64,000 nt of DNA from the human T2T-CHM13v2.0 reference genome, Homo sapiens. Both the position numbers and the translations under genes were made by a program. The notes below the pieces were generated by a model that had not been told where the DNA came from, searched no databases, and saw only the letters and a program-made list of their open reading frames with translations. The stretch lies in assembly GCF_009914755.1 (NCBI RefSeq), contig NC_060932.1; one strand, given 5' to 3'. Within the stretch, counting starts at the first letter, position 1, and each line of letters starts with the position of its first letter. Below are positions 41,791 through 54,470 of this stretch, one piece after another.

Positions 41791-43399
41791 AGAACAATAC
41801 CCACAGGCTGAACCCTGTGGCCTCCGAGAGGTAATCAGAAAGCTAAGGCAGAACCAGGACAGGATGCCGAGGCAGGGCAGCCAGGAGAGCAGGAGGCCGC
41901 CAGGCAAACATGGGGTGCACTTCCTGTCTTTTGATCCTCAGACCCACTCAACAAGAGGGTATACCTATCCCAGTTTACTGATGAGGAAAGTGAGGTTCAG
42001 AGAAGTAATCTGACCAAAATCACCCTACTAGGAAGGGGCAAACAGATCCACACCCAAGCCTCTCTAGCTCTACCTACTCTACACAGCTTCTCTACAGAGC
42101 AACCTATTCAGTTATTACTCATACCACAAATACAACTAAAACCAAATAATTCCAGGCAGGCTGTAAGGCAATCTTGGCTTCTAAGTAAAAAGCTAATTCT
42201 ATGGTTAAAGGCTGAGAGCCTCATCAAGACAACCAAGGCACCTGCACAAGCACAGGTGACCAATGGATTCAAAGCATGTTACAGACATCCTCAAAGAGCT
42301 CACAAGGTCATCCCCAGGGATAGTCCTAACTTGATGAACAATTCTGAAGTTTATCCAAAGGAATAATAACTAAATGAGAAAAACTATGTAAGCTTCATAA
42401 AAAAATTAACTTTATTGGATAAAAATAAAGTTAATTACTAGAACAGCTTGAAAAATAAGGTACTAGTACAAAAATCACTGACACAGACCAAAATCTCAGA
42501 ATTAGACCCAATATCTTGGGAAATTCTGGCACTGCAAAATAAAATTGAAAGGACTGATTTCTCTATAAATATACTGAGTCAATGATAACTGTTTGGAAAC
42601 AAAGATTCCAACCACATACCATACGCTAAAATAAATTGCAAGAATATTAAATTTCATAAATGTTATGTAATCATAAAATAAAACTCAAAGAAAAAGTAAA
42701 AGAATTTTGCCCCAAACTGAGGAAGGTTTCTTTTGACAGAAAGAATCATGGAAGATGAAAACATAAAGGAAAATAAATGAACAAAGTTATTTAACTTTGT
42801 ATATAAAAAGATACCATAAACAAAACATAGAGGCAAATGATGACAAAGTATTAAGATACAAAGAGCTGTAAGACATCAACAAGATAAAATATGAGCACTA
42901 CAGAAATAAGCAAGAGATGTAAATAAACTTTTTTCAAAGTTTCTATAATAGACATGTTATGGGAGAAAATTAAAAAGGAAATGACTCACCTATAGCTTAA
43001 TTAAAGCTACATCCTAGATCAGCAATGGAGCTAGAACAAGGGGTCTATGACTCAGCACCCTGTTTACCAAGCCAGTCCCAGGCAAAACATGAGACTGGTA
43101 AGCGTCAAAAGAGAAACACAAATAATGAAGTACAGCAGCCCTGTGGGAAAGCAATCATCTGGAATTTAGAAATAAAGCTGTACCGGCCCCTCCTATTTCC
43201 ATCCCTTTTGCTCTACTTTACCCCTTTCTTCCTAGAATCAGAGAATTGAGGCTGAAAGAAACCCAAGAAACGTGAAGGTATCATTTCTTTATTTTGCGAC
43301 GTGACAAAACTGAGACCCAAGTAGTGGAAAAAGTTGGCACTGAGGCAAGCTACCTGTTCCAGTGGTCCTCTCATTGCACCTGATGACTGATGCCTTTCT

Positions 43400-43707
43400 T
43401 TTTTTTGGCAGGGGGGGTGTAGGGAATGGGTCTCACTCTGTCACCCTGCCTGGAGTGCAGTGGTGCGATCTTGGCTCACTGCAACTTCCGCCTCCAGTCT
43501 CAAGCAATCCTCCCACCTCAGCCTACCAAGTAGCTGGGACCACAGGTGTGAGCCACCATGCCCCGTTAATTTTTTGTATTTTTGGTAGAGGCAGGGTTTC
43601 ACCATGTTTCCCAGGCTGGTCTCAAACTCCTTCGCTCAGGCAACCCACTCACCTCCCTTGGCCTCCCAAAGTGCTGGGATTATAGGCATGAGCCACTGCG
43701 CCCGACC
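43400..43707 (-). mobile_element. Alu (AluJ-like), the only near-full-length minus-strand Alu seen
   Basis: Ends CCCAAAGTGCTGGGATTATAGGCATGAGCCACTGCGCCCGACC; degenerate TSD GATGCC(T/C)TTCTT. Confidence 0.92.
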
Positions 43708-45649
43708 TGGATGCCCTTCTTACCAGACAACTGAAAAGTGCTGAAAACAAAGACATGACTTTACAAATACCTCACCCTCCCAAAAATGTCAGCAGAAAGA
43801 AAGAAAGAGAAACAATACAAATTCCCAATGTTTTGTTAGAAAATACTTCATAATGTTTGAATACCATTCCTTTTCAGGAGTTGCATTCCTGCTTTGACAA
43901 CAAGACATCTTTGTCCATCTGAACTCCCTTTCCTGCCGAAGAACTCAGAGAATCATGACAGAGAGGATAGGCAGAGTGTGCTGCTGTGGACCCGTGATAC
44001 CACCAACTACTCACACCGACCCCATCCCTCTATATCAGTTGGTCCAGGGCCTGACAAATTAAATGGCTTCTATCTGCTCAAAGGCTAAGCCCAGACTGCA
44101 GAACCAGGCATGAGACGACAGAACCCTGTTCAGTGCCTGTGAATGCCTTCTTGACCCTGTCACCGTGGCCTACTGGATACTCCAGGCTTCCCTGCCTCTG
44201 GGGACAGCTGCTCTTCATTACTGAAGGACTGCAGTAGTTATGTGCTATCATCATCTTAAGAAATGTAATTCTTGCCTAAACGTTCAGGCAGCTGAGCGGT
44301 CAGTAAGGCTTATTGTTTGTGGAGGCGTAGAATCATAAAAAACTACATGACTTTAATGCTTTCATTATTCAAGTATGACTGCTTTACTGTCATTGTATTT
44401 TTAATTTTGATTATGGATTTTTTTTAGAGAGAGTACTGCTTAAGTTTTAATACTTATGGCTCTGGCTCTTTTTCAGCCTTAGGCAAGCCCTTGATCTTTA
44501 ATTCTGATGAATCCCAGCCAAGTATTCAGCCTTTGCACTGAGTCCCTCGAGCTCACCTGAATACTTGCCAAGGGCCCAACCCCCACACACACAACAGGAT
44601 TGATTTTCAGAACAATCTTAAAATAAAGATAGAACTTAAGAGCTATATCATCCACTAAATTTTGAAATTAAAAATCACTGTTGAAATAATTTTGATTTCT
44701 ATAGTAAACTCCAATTTTTATATATAATTTTGGTAAATAACAATACATTTATAAAGTTTATTAATCTTGTTACATGAAGTATTTACAAGTCCCTCACACA
44801 ACCTGTCTAAGTAAAATCAAAAATGTTAAAAGTCTCTTACAGTTTAGCTGCCTGTCTTCCTAGAACAAATCTTCTTTCCCTCTATCCAGCCTGTGCCAGG
44901 GAGACTGTGCCCACTGCCCACCGAGCTCACCACCCACCTCGACCCATGCCCTGCTCCCAGGGCTCCCGAGCTCCCCTCCATCACCGCACTTACCTTTACC
45001 GTGGCCTGCCTGCTCTTCTGCCCTGCCTTCTAGATTATGAACTCCTTGAACGCAGGAACTTGTCTCTACTTGACCTGGTATCCCTAGAACCTACCTCCCT
45101 GTCTAGCACATATAAGAACTCAATCAATGGTTCTTAATGAATGAATGAAATTAGAAATCCACTTAAGTATACTTTATCTAGGTCAAATCTGCCCAAATGT
45201 TGGTTTTACTTTAGACTTGGTTCCACCACTGAGGTAGCTTGGATGATAAGAGACTCACTTGAAAAATCAGGCCAGGTGTGATCAAGGTTGCCCCTCAAGA
45301 TCCTTGAGCTCCAGGTGGTGATGGAGGGCTAAAAAGGATGGAAACTTCGGAACCATGGATCAAGGCTTTCTGAAGACACCTCCTTTCCTGAAGCAGCTTC
45401 CCTCCCTGCATACCTCCACCACTGGCACCGACACACCCAGTAAGTGTTTATCCTGCACCTGCTGGAAGTGAGGCACTGAGCACAGGAATGGGAGGAAGTC
45501 AGGCCTGGTCTTCACCGCCCTTCCAGAAGCTCCTTCTAACGGGCAAGTGCTCTTTCCTGCCTCTGGTACAGCAAGTTTCTGACAAACTGGAACATCAGCT
45601 TCAAACCACACATTTAGAGGGGAAAGTTCACCTTGGGCCATTTACTCAC

Positions 45650-45823
45650 CATCTGCAGTGTGAAGGAGTTTGTGACTTTTCAGTGTCCCTTTTGATTTGA
45701 ATTTCTTGCCACACATGTCACATAGGTGGGTTTTCTCAGTGCTGTGACGATTCATATGAGCCTTGAGGTTACTCTTGCTACGAGTTGCATACTCACACAA
45801 AGAACACTTGAAGGGCTTCACAC
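45650..45823 (-). CDS. ZFAT: ZFAT coding exon (approx. exon 10), 174 nt; two fingers (CSLC..HMNRH, CDMC..HKLLH)
   Basis: Acceptor TTTTTCCCTTGGCAG|GT. Donor GATG|GTGAGT (GT 45649-45648). Phase 1 to phase 1. Confidence 0.96.
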
Positions 45824-45837
45824 CTGCCAAGGGAAAA

Positions 45838-45940
45838 ATGTATATATCTCTATATATTTACATACGTTTATGCATATGTGTGAATCTGAAGGAATATATA
45901 TATATCCATATCTAAATACACTTATAGATATGTATATATA
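45838..45940. repeat. (TA)/(TG)-rich low-complexity tract just upstream of the exon-10 acceptor
   Basis: Direct reading. Confidence 0.75.
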
Positions 45941-48619
45941 AAACATCCGTTTTGAACACAGCAGTATACTTGCTTGGCCCTAACACACCACACACTTTCC
46001 ACGCCAGGTTCTTCCCCAGGCTATGCCTTCGTCCTGGGATGCCCTTGCCTCCTGGTATACCAGGTGCCTCCACCCTGCAGCTTTCTCTGACCTTCCCTGG
46101 TAGATTTCCCTGCCTCCCTATCAATGTTCCCAACTCCTGTAACTCTCTACTAGCTGAAACGTTCACTGCACATTACAGTGAGTCCTTCATATCTGCCCTC
46201 TCCCCACAGTCTGGGAACTCCTTGAGGACAGAGATCCTGAGCAACCTGCAGAGCAGACAGTCACTAAATTCAATTGAACTGAGTTAGACTAAACACAAAG
46301 GCACCAAGGCCCTTTGCAAAAACTCAATGGGATCAGGCACCAGGACCAAATGTGGAAGCACATTTACTTTGTAAAACAAATCGAACTTTACCAACTGGTG
46401 GTTGATGGGCTGTTGACTCTGACTGTAGGGGCATCTTGGCATTCACCACTCCTTCATTCACTAAGTGTCTACTGAGGACCTATTTTCATAGTAGGAAATT
46501 TCATAGAGAAGAGTGAATCCCAGCCTTCACTGTCCGGTGGGAGATGCAGACAGGTAAACAGGCCGTTACAATATTGTGTGATGTGCTATAGGGACAGGGG
46601 CTGGGGCCGGGGGAAGGGGAAAGAGGGCGGGGAACAAACCTGCACATAGTAATGAAGCAGACAATTTTTAGTAGTAAGCCAAACGTTTTCACCCATTATC
46701 TACACTACCTATGACTTTGCAGTTGAGGAAACCAACGCTTAAAGAGGCTGAGGGCAATGTCCAGGGGCGCAGAGCTGAGTTGCACATTGGGGTCTGATGT
46801 GCCTTAGGGCCCATGCAAAGCCCAGCTCTGGTCTGGGTTTCTAGAGATGAAGTAATAATCTAACCATAAGTGTCAACAGGCTGTGTGCCCTTGAACTTAT
46901 GTTTGGGTCATAGTTCTCATCTCTGTAAAATGACAGGACCAGGAATCACTTCCCACGAAGTCTTCAGAGCACCAGATCCCTCGTTCTGGGTTGGTCATTT
47001 ACAACACACTCTCACAAGAGCAGGGCCACAGCTGTGGTGATAGCCTGGGTCAAGCAGCATCTTTCTGTATCTCGCATTACCCTCAGCAGGCATTTCAACC
47101 CCGAGTCAAAGCTACAGATGGCTCAGAACTACCACAACCACAGAGGAGAAGCCCACACAAACCATACAAAGAGGGAACATGGTGCATCCCTGCTGTCTTT
47201 AGATCCTTTATAAATGTGTGAACAGTTGAATATACTCAGGCACTATTTGACCTGGTGTTTTTCTAAAACATTCAAAGAACTCAAAAATGAAGACATGCAC
47301 TGTCTCCCAGTCCTGGAGAAGCCAAATTCCTAATATCTGTTCCTCATTATGACTGGAAGGAGAAGAACCAAGCAAAGCAACACAGAGACTGAAGTATACA
47401 TATTTCCATTAACATCTTTGCCCACCCACGGGCCGGCTGTGGAACCCTGGGGAGTCACCTAAACAGCTCTGCACTTCCGTGGACTCTGTGACATACGGTC
47501 GTGGAAAATGAGATGGTGCAGGTTAACTAGCTGTGGATCTCCAGATCATCCACAACATGGCATTCACCCCAAGGCGATATACCAAGACACTGTCTACTCT
47601 AAATTCTCCCCTAAGAGCCAGTGTTTAGAACTGCTGTAGTGGATGGGTCCCAGGTCCATTGCTTGACTATTAGGAAACCTTGAACAAAGTTGCAGGTCCT
47701 CTAAGCAACTAATGTCACAGGTATGCACAAAATTCTACACAAATGGTTAATTTCTGTGACTACAATCAATACCTGTGTTTTCTGTTTTTCTTTCTTTTTT
47801 CAATTTAATTTTTTGGGTTTTTAAATTTGTTTTTCTTGTCCTATGTTTTGAGAGTAAACGGAGACAAGGGATATTTTATGGTACAGGGGATCAATTCCAA
47901 AGAACCCCAATGTATGGTGTGTGTACTGATATCCTGTTTCCTTTGTGATTCCTTCATTACAGAGAAAGTTATAAATTAGAGAGGAAAAAAAAGATGCCAG
48001 GATACAGCAGCCTTTCGCTTTCTGAATCTTTATCAATTCTGAAGTCGCTAAAAATATTAGATTACTTTCAAATGGCAAATATGCAACATTACTGCATCAT
48101 CACAAGTCTTTACTTAACACAACAGCATCAGCCATGTATTAAGTACCCAATATGTGCTAAGCCTTCTACTGAGGGCTTTACATAAATTATCTCGTTGATC
48201 CTTCTAACAAATCCCAAAGCAGACACATTACAGATAAACAAACTGAGTTTCGAGAGATGGAATTATTTGTCCATCATACATGGTGAGGGTGGGATTTGAA
48301 CCCAGTTCTCTCACTTCTTCTCATGTGAGTACAATTACAGTTTGATGCCTTTATAAGCCCATGGTCTCCAGCCTCTGCTGGGCCCTCTGTGCTTCCATCA
48401 GGGTCAGCTCCCTGCTGATTCCCATGAATGCCATTCCAAGCCTGCCTTCTTGGCATTCTTTGCTGAGCCAACTGTGACCATCGGCTACGAATGCCTTCAA
48501 CTTCATAACAAAGAAACAACACGTGTATATACACATACCTGCTACCACCCTCACCCCCTTCACTCCTGTCTCAGTGTAGGAGGTGCCTCCTCCTTCTGAA
48601 ACAAGTCAGTTCAGAAGAG

Positions 48620-48820
48620 AAGAGCAAGGGTTTTGGAATCAGATGGCATTGGTTCAAATCCCAGTTCCACCACTTGTTAGCTGTGTGACCTGGGGCAAAT
48701 TACTTCACCTCTCTAAGCCTCATTTTCCTCATTGGTAAAATGGGGATGGTAACAGCATCTGCCTTTAAGGTTGTTGAGAATACTGACTCCAATAACGTGA
48801 GTCAAACACTGAGCACTGGC
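48620..48820 (+). mobile_element. MIR
   Basis: GGTTCAAATCCCAGTTCCACCACTT..AGCTGTGTGACCTGGGGCAAATTACTTCACCTCTCTAAGCCTCA core. Confidence 0.85.
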
Positions 48821-50065
48821 ATCTGTTTAGGTCACTCTTAGAGTGCTCAGGGCATAGGACTGCCATTAGCATTTGCACTTTGGTGTCCACATGCATCATA
48901 AACCTGTTCCCATCACTTGGCTTTCAGAAGGGGCAATAGTACCTACAATGTGACCATCACTCTCCTCTCCACACCTGGGTTGTTTGTACCAGGAGTGAAC
49001 ATTTGACACAAAGCACCCAGTCCATAGGCACCCCAACACTGTGACTGCCTTCTACAAAGGATTCTGCCTTCTCGGAATGGCCCTCTGGAGATAGAGTGTT
49101 CATTATATGCTGGTAAACAAAAAAGTAGCTTCCAACCTTGGAATTTATCTCAACTCCTTCTGCCTTCTCCGGGTTCCCAATCTGTCAGTTACGATTCTCA
49201 TTACTGAACCACTGGTCTCTCTCTCCCTAATAGTTCCTTCCCTGGGACCTATAAATAGGTCATTTTATCCCATATTATAGAAAATACTTCATCCTTCATC
49301 CCCCTCTACTCTTGTTTTCCTATCTGCAGCATTCCAGGTTCCTAACTAACAGGCAGGGACCTGATGCAGGTGTCTGGAAGGGCTTTCCCTGGCCCCTTGT
49401 CTCCTACCCTAATCCCCAGGAGGGCCATGTCCTTATCCAGGGGGAGAAAACAAAGTTGACGGTCTGTTGCCCTAGTAGAATCTTCACTTCCAACTTCCCA
49501 AAGCCCTGAGAGTGGCCCCACACTTCCCTTCACAGGCAAGCAACCCAAAAGCACAGCCTACCTTCTTCTCTCCATTCCCTCATCTCCATTCTGCCCTTCC
49601 ACCTTCTGAATTCCTTCTCCATAGCCTGAATGGTAACACTCCAAACTGCTGGAATGGGAGAACTACTTGCTGCCCTCCTTCCTTCATTCATAATACCAAC
49701 ATTTCTGGAAAACCTGCTATGCACAGGGCACAGGGTGGGCACTGGAGTTCCTGCCATGAATAAGTCTCCGGTGTTCCTGTTCTCAAGGTACCTACTTTCC
49801 AGCAGAGGAGTCATGGTGATTTATTTCACTACAATTGCAATGAGACCTATGAAGGAGTGCACACCTCTATTCATTGCAATTGCAACTAATTAAGTAATGG
49901 TTTAAATTACTGTTTGTAGCTGGTTGATGGACACATCTCTCAGTGTGCTAAGGAAATTCTAACAGCAGGGATGTGAAGATACGGCTTCCTCTTAATGTAC
50001 TCCCAAAATGAAGGATGGAAGCACAAAATTAGAAAGGTGCCCAATTTGGAAAGATGAATACTCAC

Positions 50066-50215
50066 CTTCATGAGCCCAAATATGACGCTGAAGGTCTGAG
50101 CCATTCTTCATGAAATAAAAGTCACAATATGGGCATTTCATGGCTCTCTTTCCAATTAGCCCTTTCAGCTGAACCCTCCTCCCGAGAACCTCAGAAATGG
50201 TGCTCATGGAGACCT
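50066..50215 (-). CDS. ZFAT: ZFAT coding exon (approx. exon 9), 150 nt; EVSMSTISEVLGRR...KCPYCDFYFMKNGSDLQRHIWAHE (one finger)
   Basis: Acceptor TTTTCTTCTAG|AG (AG 50217-50216). Donor GAAG|GTGAGT (GT 50065-50064). Phase 1 to phase 1. Confidence 0.95.
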
Positions 50216-50449
50216 CTAGAAGAAAAGCAGGATGTCAAAAGGAGTCAGAGCACCTCAGGGGAAGTTAGACATAAATAAACCTCATTGCTAAGCAGCACCC
50301 ACAGGAGGAATCAAGGTGTGCCTCATGGTGTCCAGAGACAGGATTTTCACCTAAAAAGTAAAACCAGAACCAAATCGAGTCTCAGATCTCAGTATCTGTT
50401 AACATCATGTATGAGGAATGGAGAAGCAACATCACAAGGCAATTACCAC

Positions 50450-50970
50450 ACAAATGCAGAAAGTGAAACTGTCTAAAGGAAAAGTGACTCAGTTTCCCCC
50501 ATAAGTCAATGTCATGGAAAAAAGCACAGCAGGACACTAGAGAAAACAAGAAACAGAAACATAATGAACTAAACCACTAGATGCAAATGCATGGATGCTG
50601 GTTCAAGCGAACCAACAGTTAAAAAGAAAAATCTTGGGGAAATTGGGGAAATTTTAAACAGACTGATAATAGGTGGCAATAATGAATGACAGTTGATCCT
50701 ATTTGCTTTACCGGTAACATGGTGGTTATGTTGAAAGCAATCCTTATTATTTGGAGATGCATTTTAAACGTTTTTATGGAGGAATTACATGCTGTCTGGA
50801 ATATACTTTAAAATATCCTAGAAGAAGAAAAGTGTGTGTGGTAGATACATGAAAAAGAGTTTGACAAAATGTGGATAACTGTGGAAGCTAAGTGACAGAT
50901 ACAGGAGGTTCCTGGCATTGTTCTGTGTGCTCTTGTATTTTGGGATTTTCTGGAATAAAAAGCTTAAAAT
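50450..50970 (+). mobile_element. L1MC-type 3' fragment
   Basis: CCTTATTATTTGGAGATGCAT..., GTCTGGAATATACTTTAAAATA, AATAAAAAG tail. Confidence 0.6.
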
Positions 50971-52087
50971 AATAACAAAATAATGTCTTACATCTGTTCA
51001 TCAGCAAAGGTTAGCTGTTTTAAGAATAACTTTGGCTCACATTGGATCCCATGTCACTTAGGACATGAGTTAACATGAGAAGGACAGAGCTGGGCCTTCA
51101 GAGAAGCACATAGCCCACACAGACGAAGGCCTCACAACTCTGTCCATTCCCAGCTGAAACATGAGTGTTAGTGCCCTTCTATTATTTCTTTATCTTCCTC
51201 CATTTATAATCAGTGAGTCAGTTCCCTTATACCAAGAGCAAATACAAAATAAAGAACAGGAAAAAAGAGACATGTACGAAGGGAGAGGCACATTTAGAAG
51301 AAGTACCTGTTACTCCCTCATAAAACACACAATACACTTGTCTGCTTTCCTGGGCCTGCCTGTAGAGGCACTGGAGATGAGGCGGGATAAGCCCCGACTC
51401 AGGGAGCCCATGGGAGTTGCTGGAGAGTCACAGTGACTTGAGCACAGCGGTCAGTGCGCCCTGTGTGACGTTAGCAGGGGTGCGGGGTGGACCCTCGGCC
51501 AGGCTGGAAGCTACAAAAGCCTCCCCAGAGGCAGGGCTCTGAGGAAGAATGCAAAGAATGAACAGGAATTAACCAGGTAGGGCAGAAGGGAAAATGTTCC
51601 AGGTGGCACGAACAGAAATGACAAGGTATGAACACCCAGGTAGCTGGTGCCTCATGCACCTGAGCAGTGTGGAATATGAGAATACCCGTGGTAATGGTCT
51701 CTCCAACTCAAGGATGCTCTTCAGCCTGGGCAGGAGCCAACACCCCTTACAAACCACCACTCTGGGTAACACAAGCTTATGACAACAGCCCTGCCTCATA
51801 TGCGACCCATCGAAAGGCATGCAAAGTTCCCATTAAAAGGGGCAGAGGGTATCACTGAAATTGCAGGGGTGAGGGTTGATGCATCTGAAGACCAGATAAA
51901 AGAACAAAAGGAAATAAATAATTACATCAACTTCCCAGCGTCGAATAAAGATGTTTGTTTCCCATGAATATATTCACAGCTTCATCCCTTTTTATTTCTA
52001 TATAGTGCAGTTAATGTAAAACATTGTTTTAAAATAAACATAAGCATTTTTAACATTAATCTTCCACTCCAAAATGCACAACCTTAC

Positions 52088-52175
52088 CAGGATGGTTGGT
52101 CTTGATATGTGACTTTATCAATCGATCCTCTGAAAAAGACTTTTCACAAACAGGACAAGAATAACTCCTTTTGTC
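52088..52175 (-). CDS. ZFAT: ZFAT coding exon (approx. exon 8), 88 nt; DKRSYSCPVCEKSFSEDRLIKSHIKTNHP (one finger); absent from the ORF track
   Basis: Translated by hand. Acceptor TCTCTTTCTATTAAG|GAC; donor CCTG|GTAAGG (GT 52087-52086). Phase 0 to phase 1. Confidence 0.95.
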
Positions 52176-52239
52176 CTTAATAGAAAGAGAACATAATCAG
52201 TTGACTTTCTCATTTAAATCTGTGGTCTGTAAAAAATAA

Positions 52240-52712
52240 CCATCATCATCACCATCATCACCCACCACCACCACCACTACCACTCACGCTATCAACAGTC
52301 ATCACCACCACCACCATCACATCACCATCATCAATACCATCATCACCACCACTAGCACTATCAACAGTCATCACCACCATCACTACTACCACCATCATCA
52401 CCATCATCATCACCACCACCAGCACTATCAATAGTCATCACCACCAGCACTATCAATAGTCATCACCACCACCACCACCAACACCACCACAACCAACACC
52501 ACCACCACCAACAACAACACCACGACCACCATCACCATTACCACCACCACCAACACCACCACCACCAGCACTATCAACAGTCATCACCACCACCACAACC
52601 AGCACTGCCACCATCACCACCACCACCACCACCATCAACATCACCACGACCCCCCTCACCATCATCAACACTAGCATTCTCATCAGCACCATCATTATCA
52701 TCAGCTTCATCA
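52240..52712. repeat. Imperfect (CAC/CAT/CAA)n triplet repeat with a recurring ~25-bp sub-unit
   Basis: AGCACTATCAA(C/T)AGTCATCACCACC at about 52354, 52421, 52446 and 52567, with a variant near 52287. Confidence 0.93.
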
Positions 52713-53336
52713 AAACCAGACAAAGTACATCCTTCCAAGCACATACATACACCCTCTACCTGGCGCTGCACAGCCTGGGGAGCTCGAGAGTAGGGGAATG
52801 GGGGAATGGCATCAGCTCCATTTCAGAAGGAAGGGATGGGGCTTAGAGGGGAGAGTTCTGTGGAGGCAGGTGGTACTCAACCTCAAGGCTGCGGGTCTAC
52901 CACACACACCAGTGCTACTCTACAACCCAAGAGCATATTACATCCGCCAGCACTCAACGCAGGGATTGCATGGCAAGTGATTTTATTGAGACTCACAACC
53001 ACTCACAAAAGATAGGCACAGTTCATGCTCATGTTACAGATTAAGAAAACAAGGCCCAGGAGATAAGCCCAAAGTCTGAGAAGAGGAGCCAGTGTTGGAA
53101 GTAGAGTGTGCGGACGCCCACCCAGGATGCCTCCTGCCCCTCGGTGTCCCACTGGGGCGCAGATAGGTTGTTCATCCTGCATTGCTGCAGCTTCACAGCC
53201 AGGGCCACCATGGTGTAACATTCTCAATTAGGAAGAAGCTTTTGTGAATTACCAAGCTATGGCTTTTGCTCACCTCCCTTTGCTCTCAGCGCTCACTTGA
53301 GGGCGATTTCATATCACTCTTTTCCCCTAGAGTGGG

Positions 53337-53790
53337 TGTTATTGGTTGAATTCTATCCCCTAAAAAATCATATGTTGGAGTCCTAACCTCCAATACCTCA
53401 GAATGTGACCTTATTTGGAGATAGGGTCTTTACAGAGGTAATCCAGTTAAAATGAGGTCACTAGGGTGGGCCCTCATCCAATGTGACTGGTGTCCTTATA
53501 AAAAGAGGAAATTTGAACACAGAGCTGCATGCAGGGAGAACACCATGTGCAGATGGAGGCAGAGACCAGAGCAATGCATCTGCCAGCCAAGAAATGCCAA
53601 AGACAGAGAGCAAATCACCTGAAGCTCAGAGAGGCATGGACCACATCCTCCCCCACAGCCCTCAGGAGGAAGCGGCCCTGCCAACACCTTGACCTCTGCC
53701 TTCTGCTCTCCAGGACAGTGTGACAGTAAATATCTGCTGTTTATACCACCAGCATGTGGCACTTTGATTGCCAAGCTTACCAAGCCCACA
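53337..53790 (+). mobile_element. MaLR solo LTR (MLT1C-like)
   Basis: CCTCAGAATGTGACCTTATTTGGAGATAGGGTCTTTACAGAGGTAATC...GACTGGTGTCCTTATAAAAAGAGG motifs; TG...CA termini. Confidence 0.88.
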
Positions 53791-54254
53791 GCTTACAGAG
53801 AGCCAAACCCTGGTAGGGAGGACTCTGCGCAGATAGGTGAATAAAAAGTAAAAACAAAAAATTCAGAACTACCACTGCAAGGAAATGTTTTGGGCTGTGT
53901 GTGTTTTGGGGGAAGTTAATCCACTCCACGCTCACTTGGATTTACAGAAGGACTAATTCCCTCTACTTGTGGAGCCCCTACTGTGAGCTCCCCAAGGCAC
54001 CAAGTGTGTTCCACGCCTTGTGTGATGAATGCTCTCCTCACTGTGCTCCCCACCGGGCAGTCTACTCCTACTCTAAATAATAAAAAGCACAAGAGCTATC
54101 ACTTCTTAAGAACTCACTGGATGCAAAGTGCTTTACATTACCATATCCTATGAGGCCTTTAGAAACTTGCCCAAGGTTCACACTACACCGAGGGCAGAGC
54201 TGGACTCCAGAGCTCTTGCTCTTATGAGACCCTGACTAGCAGAACAGGTTCAGG

Positions 54255-54470
54255 GCTCAGAGCCCCTGGGTTCAAATCTTGGTTTTGCCCCTTGTTAGCT
54301 GTGGAACTTTGCGCAAATGATTTAACCTCTCAGTGCCTCCGTTTCATCATCTGTAAAATGGAAATAAAAAACAATGCCTCCTTCACAGGGTCACAGGAAG
54401 GATAAGGGAGATGAAAAAGACATAGAGTGTTTAGAATTGAGCCTCTCCTATAGTGAGTGCTCAATAAATC
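54255..54470 (+). mobile_element. MIR
   Basis: GGGTTCAAATC...AACCTCTCAGTGCCTCCGTTTCATCATCTGTAAAATGG...GTGCTCAATAAAT. Confidence 0.8.

Noticed and set aside
52453-52771. Poly-Val/Gly/Met ORFs
   Set aside because: Translations of the CAC/CAT triplet repeat.
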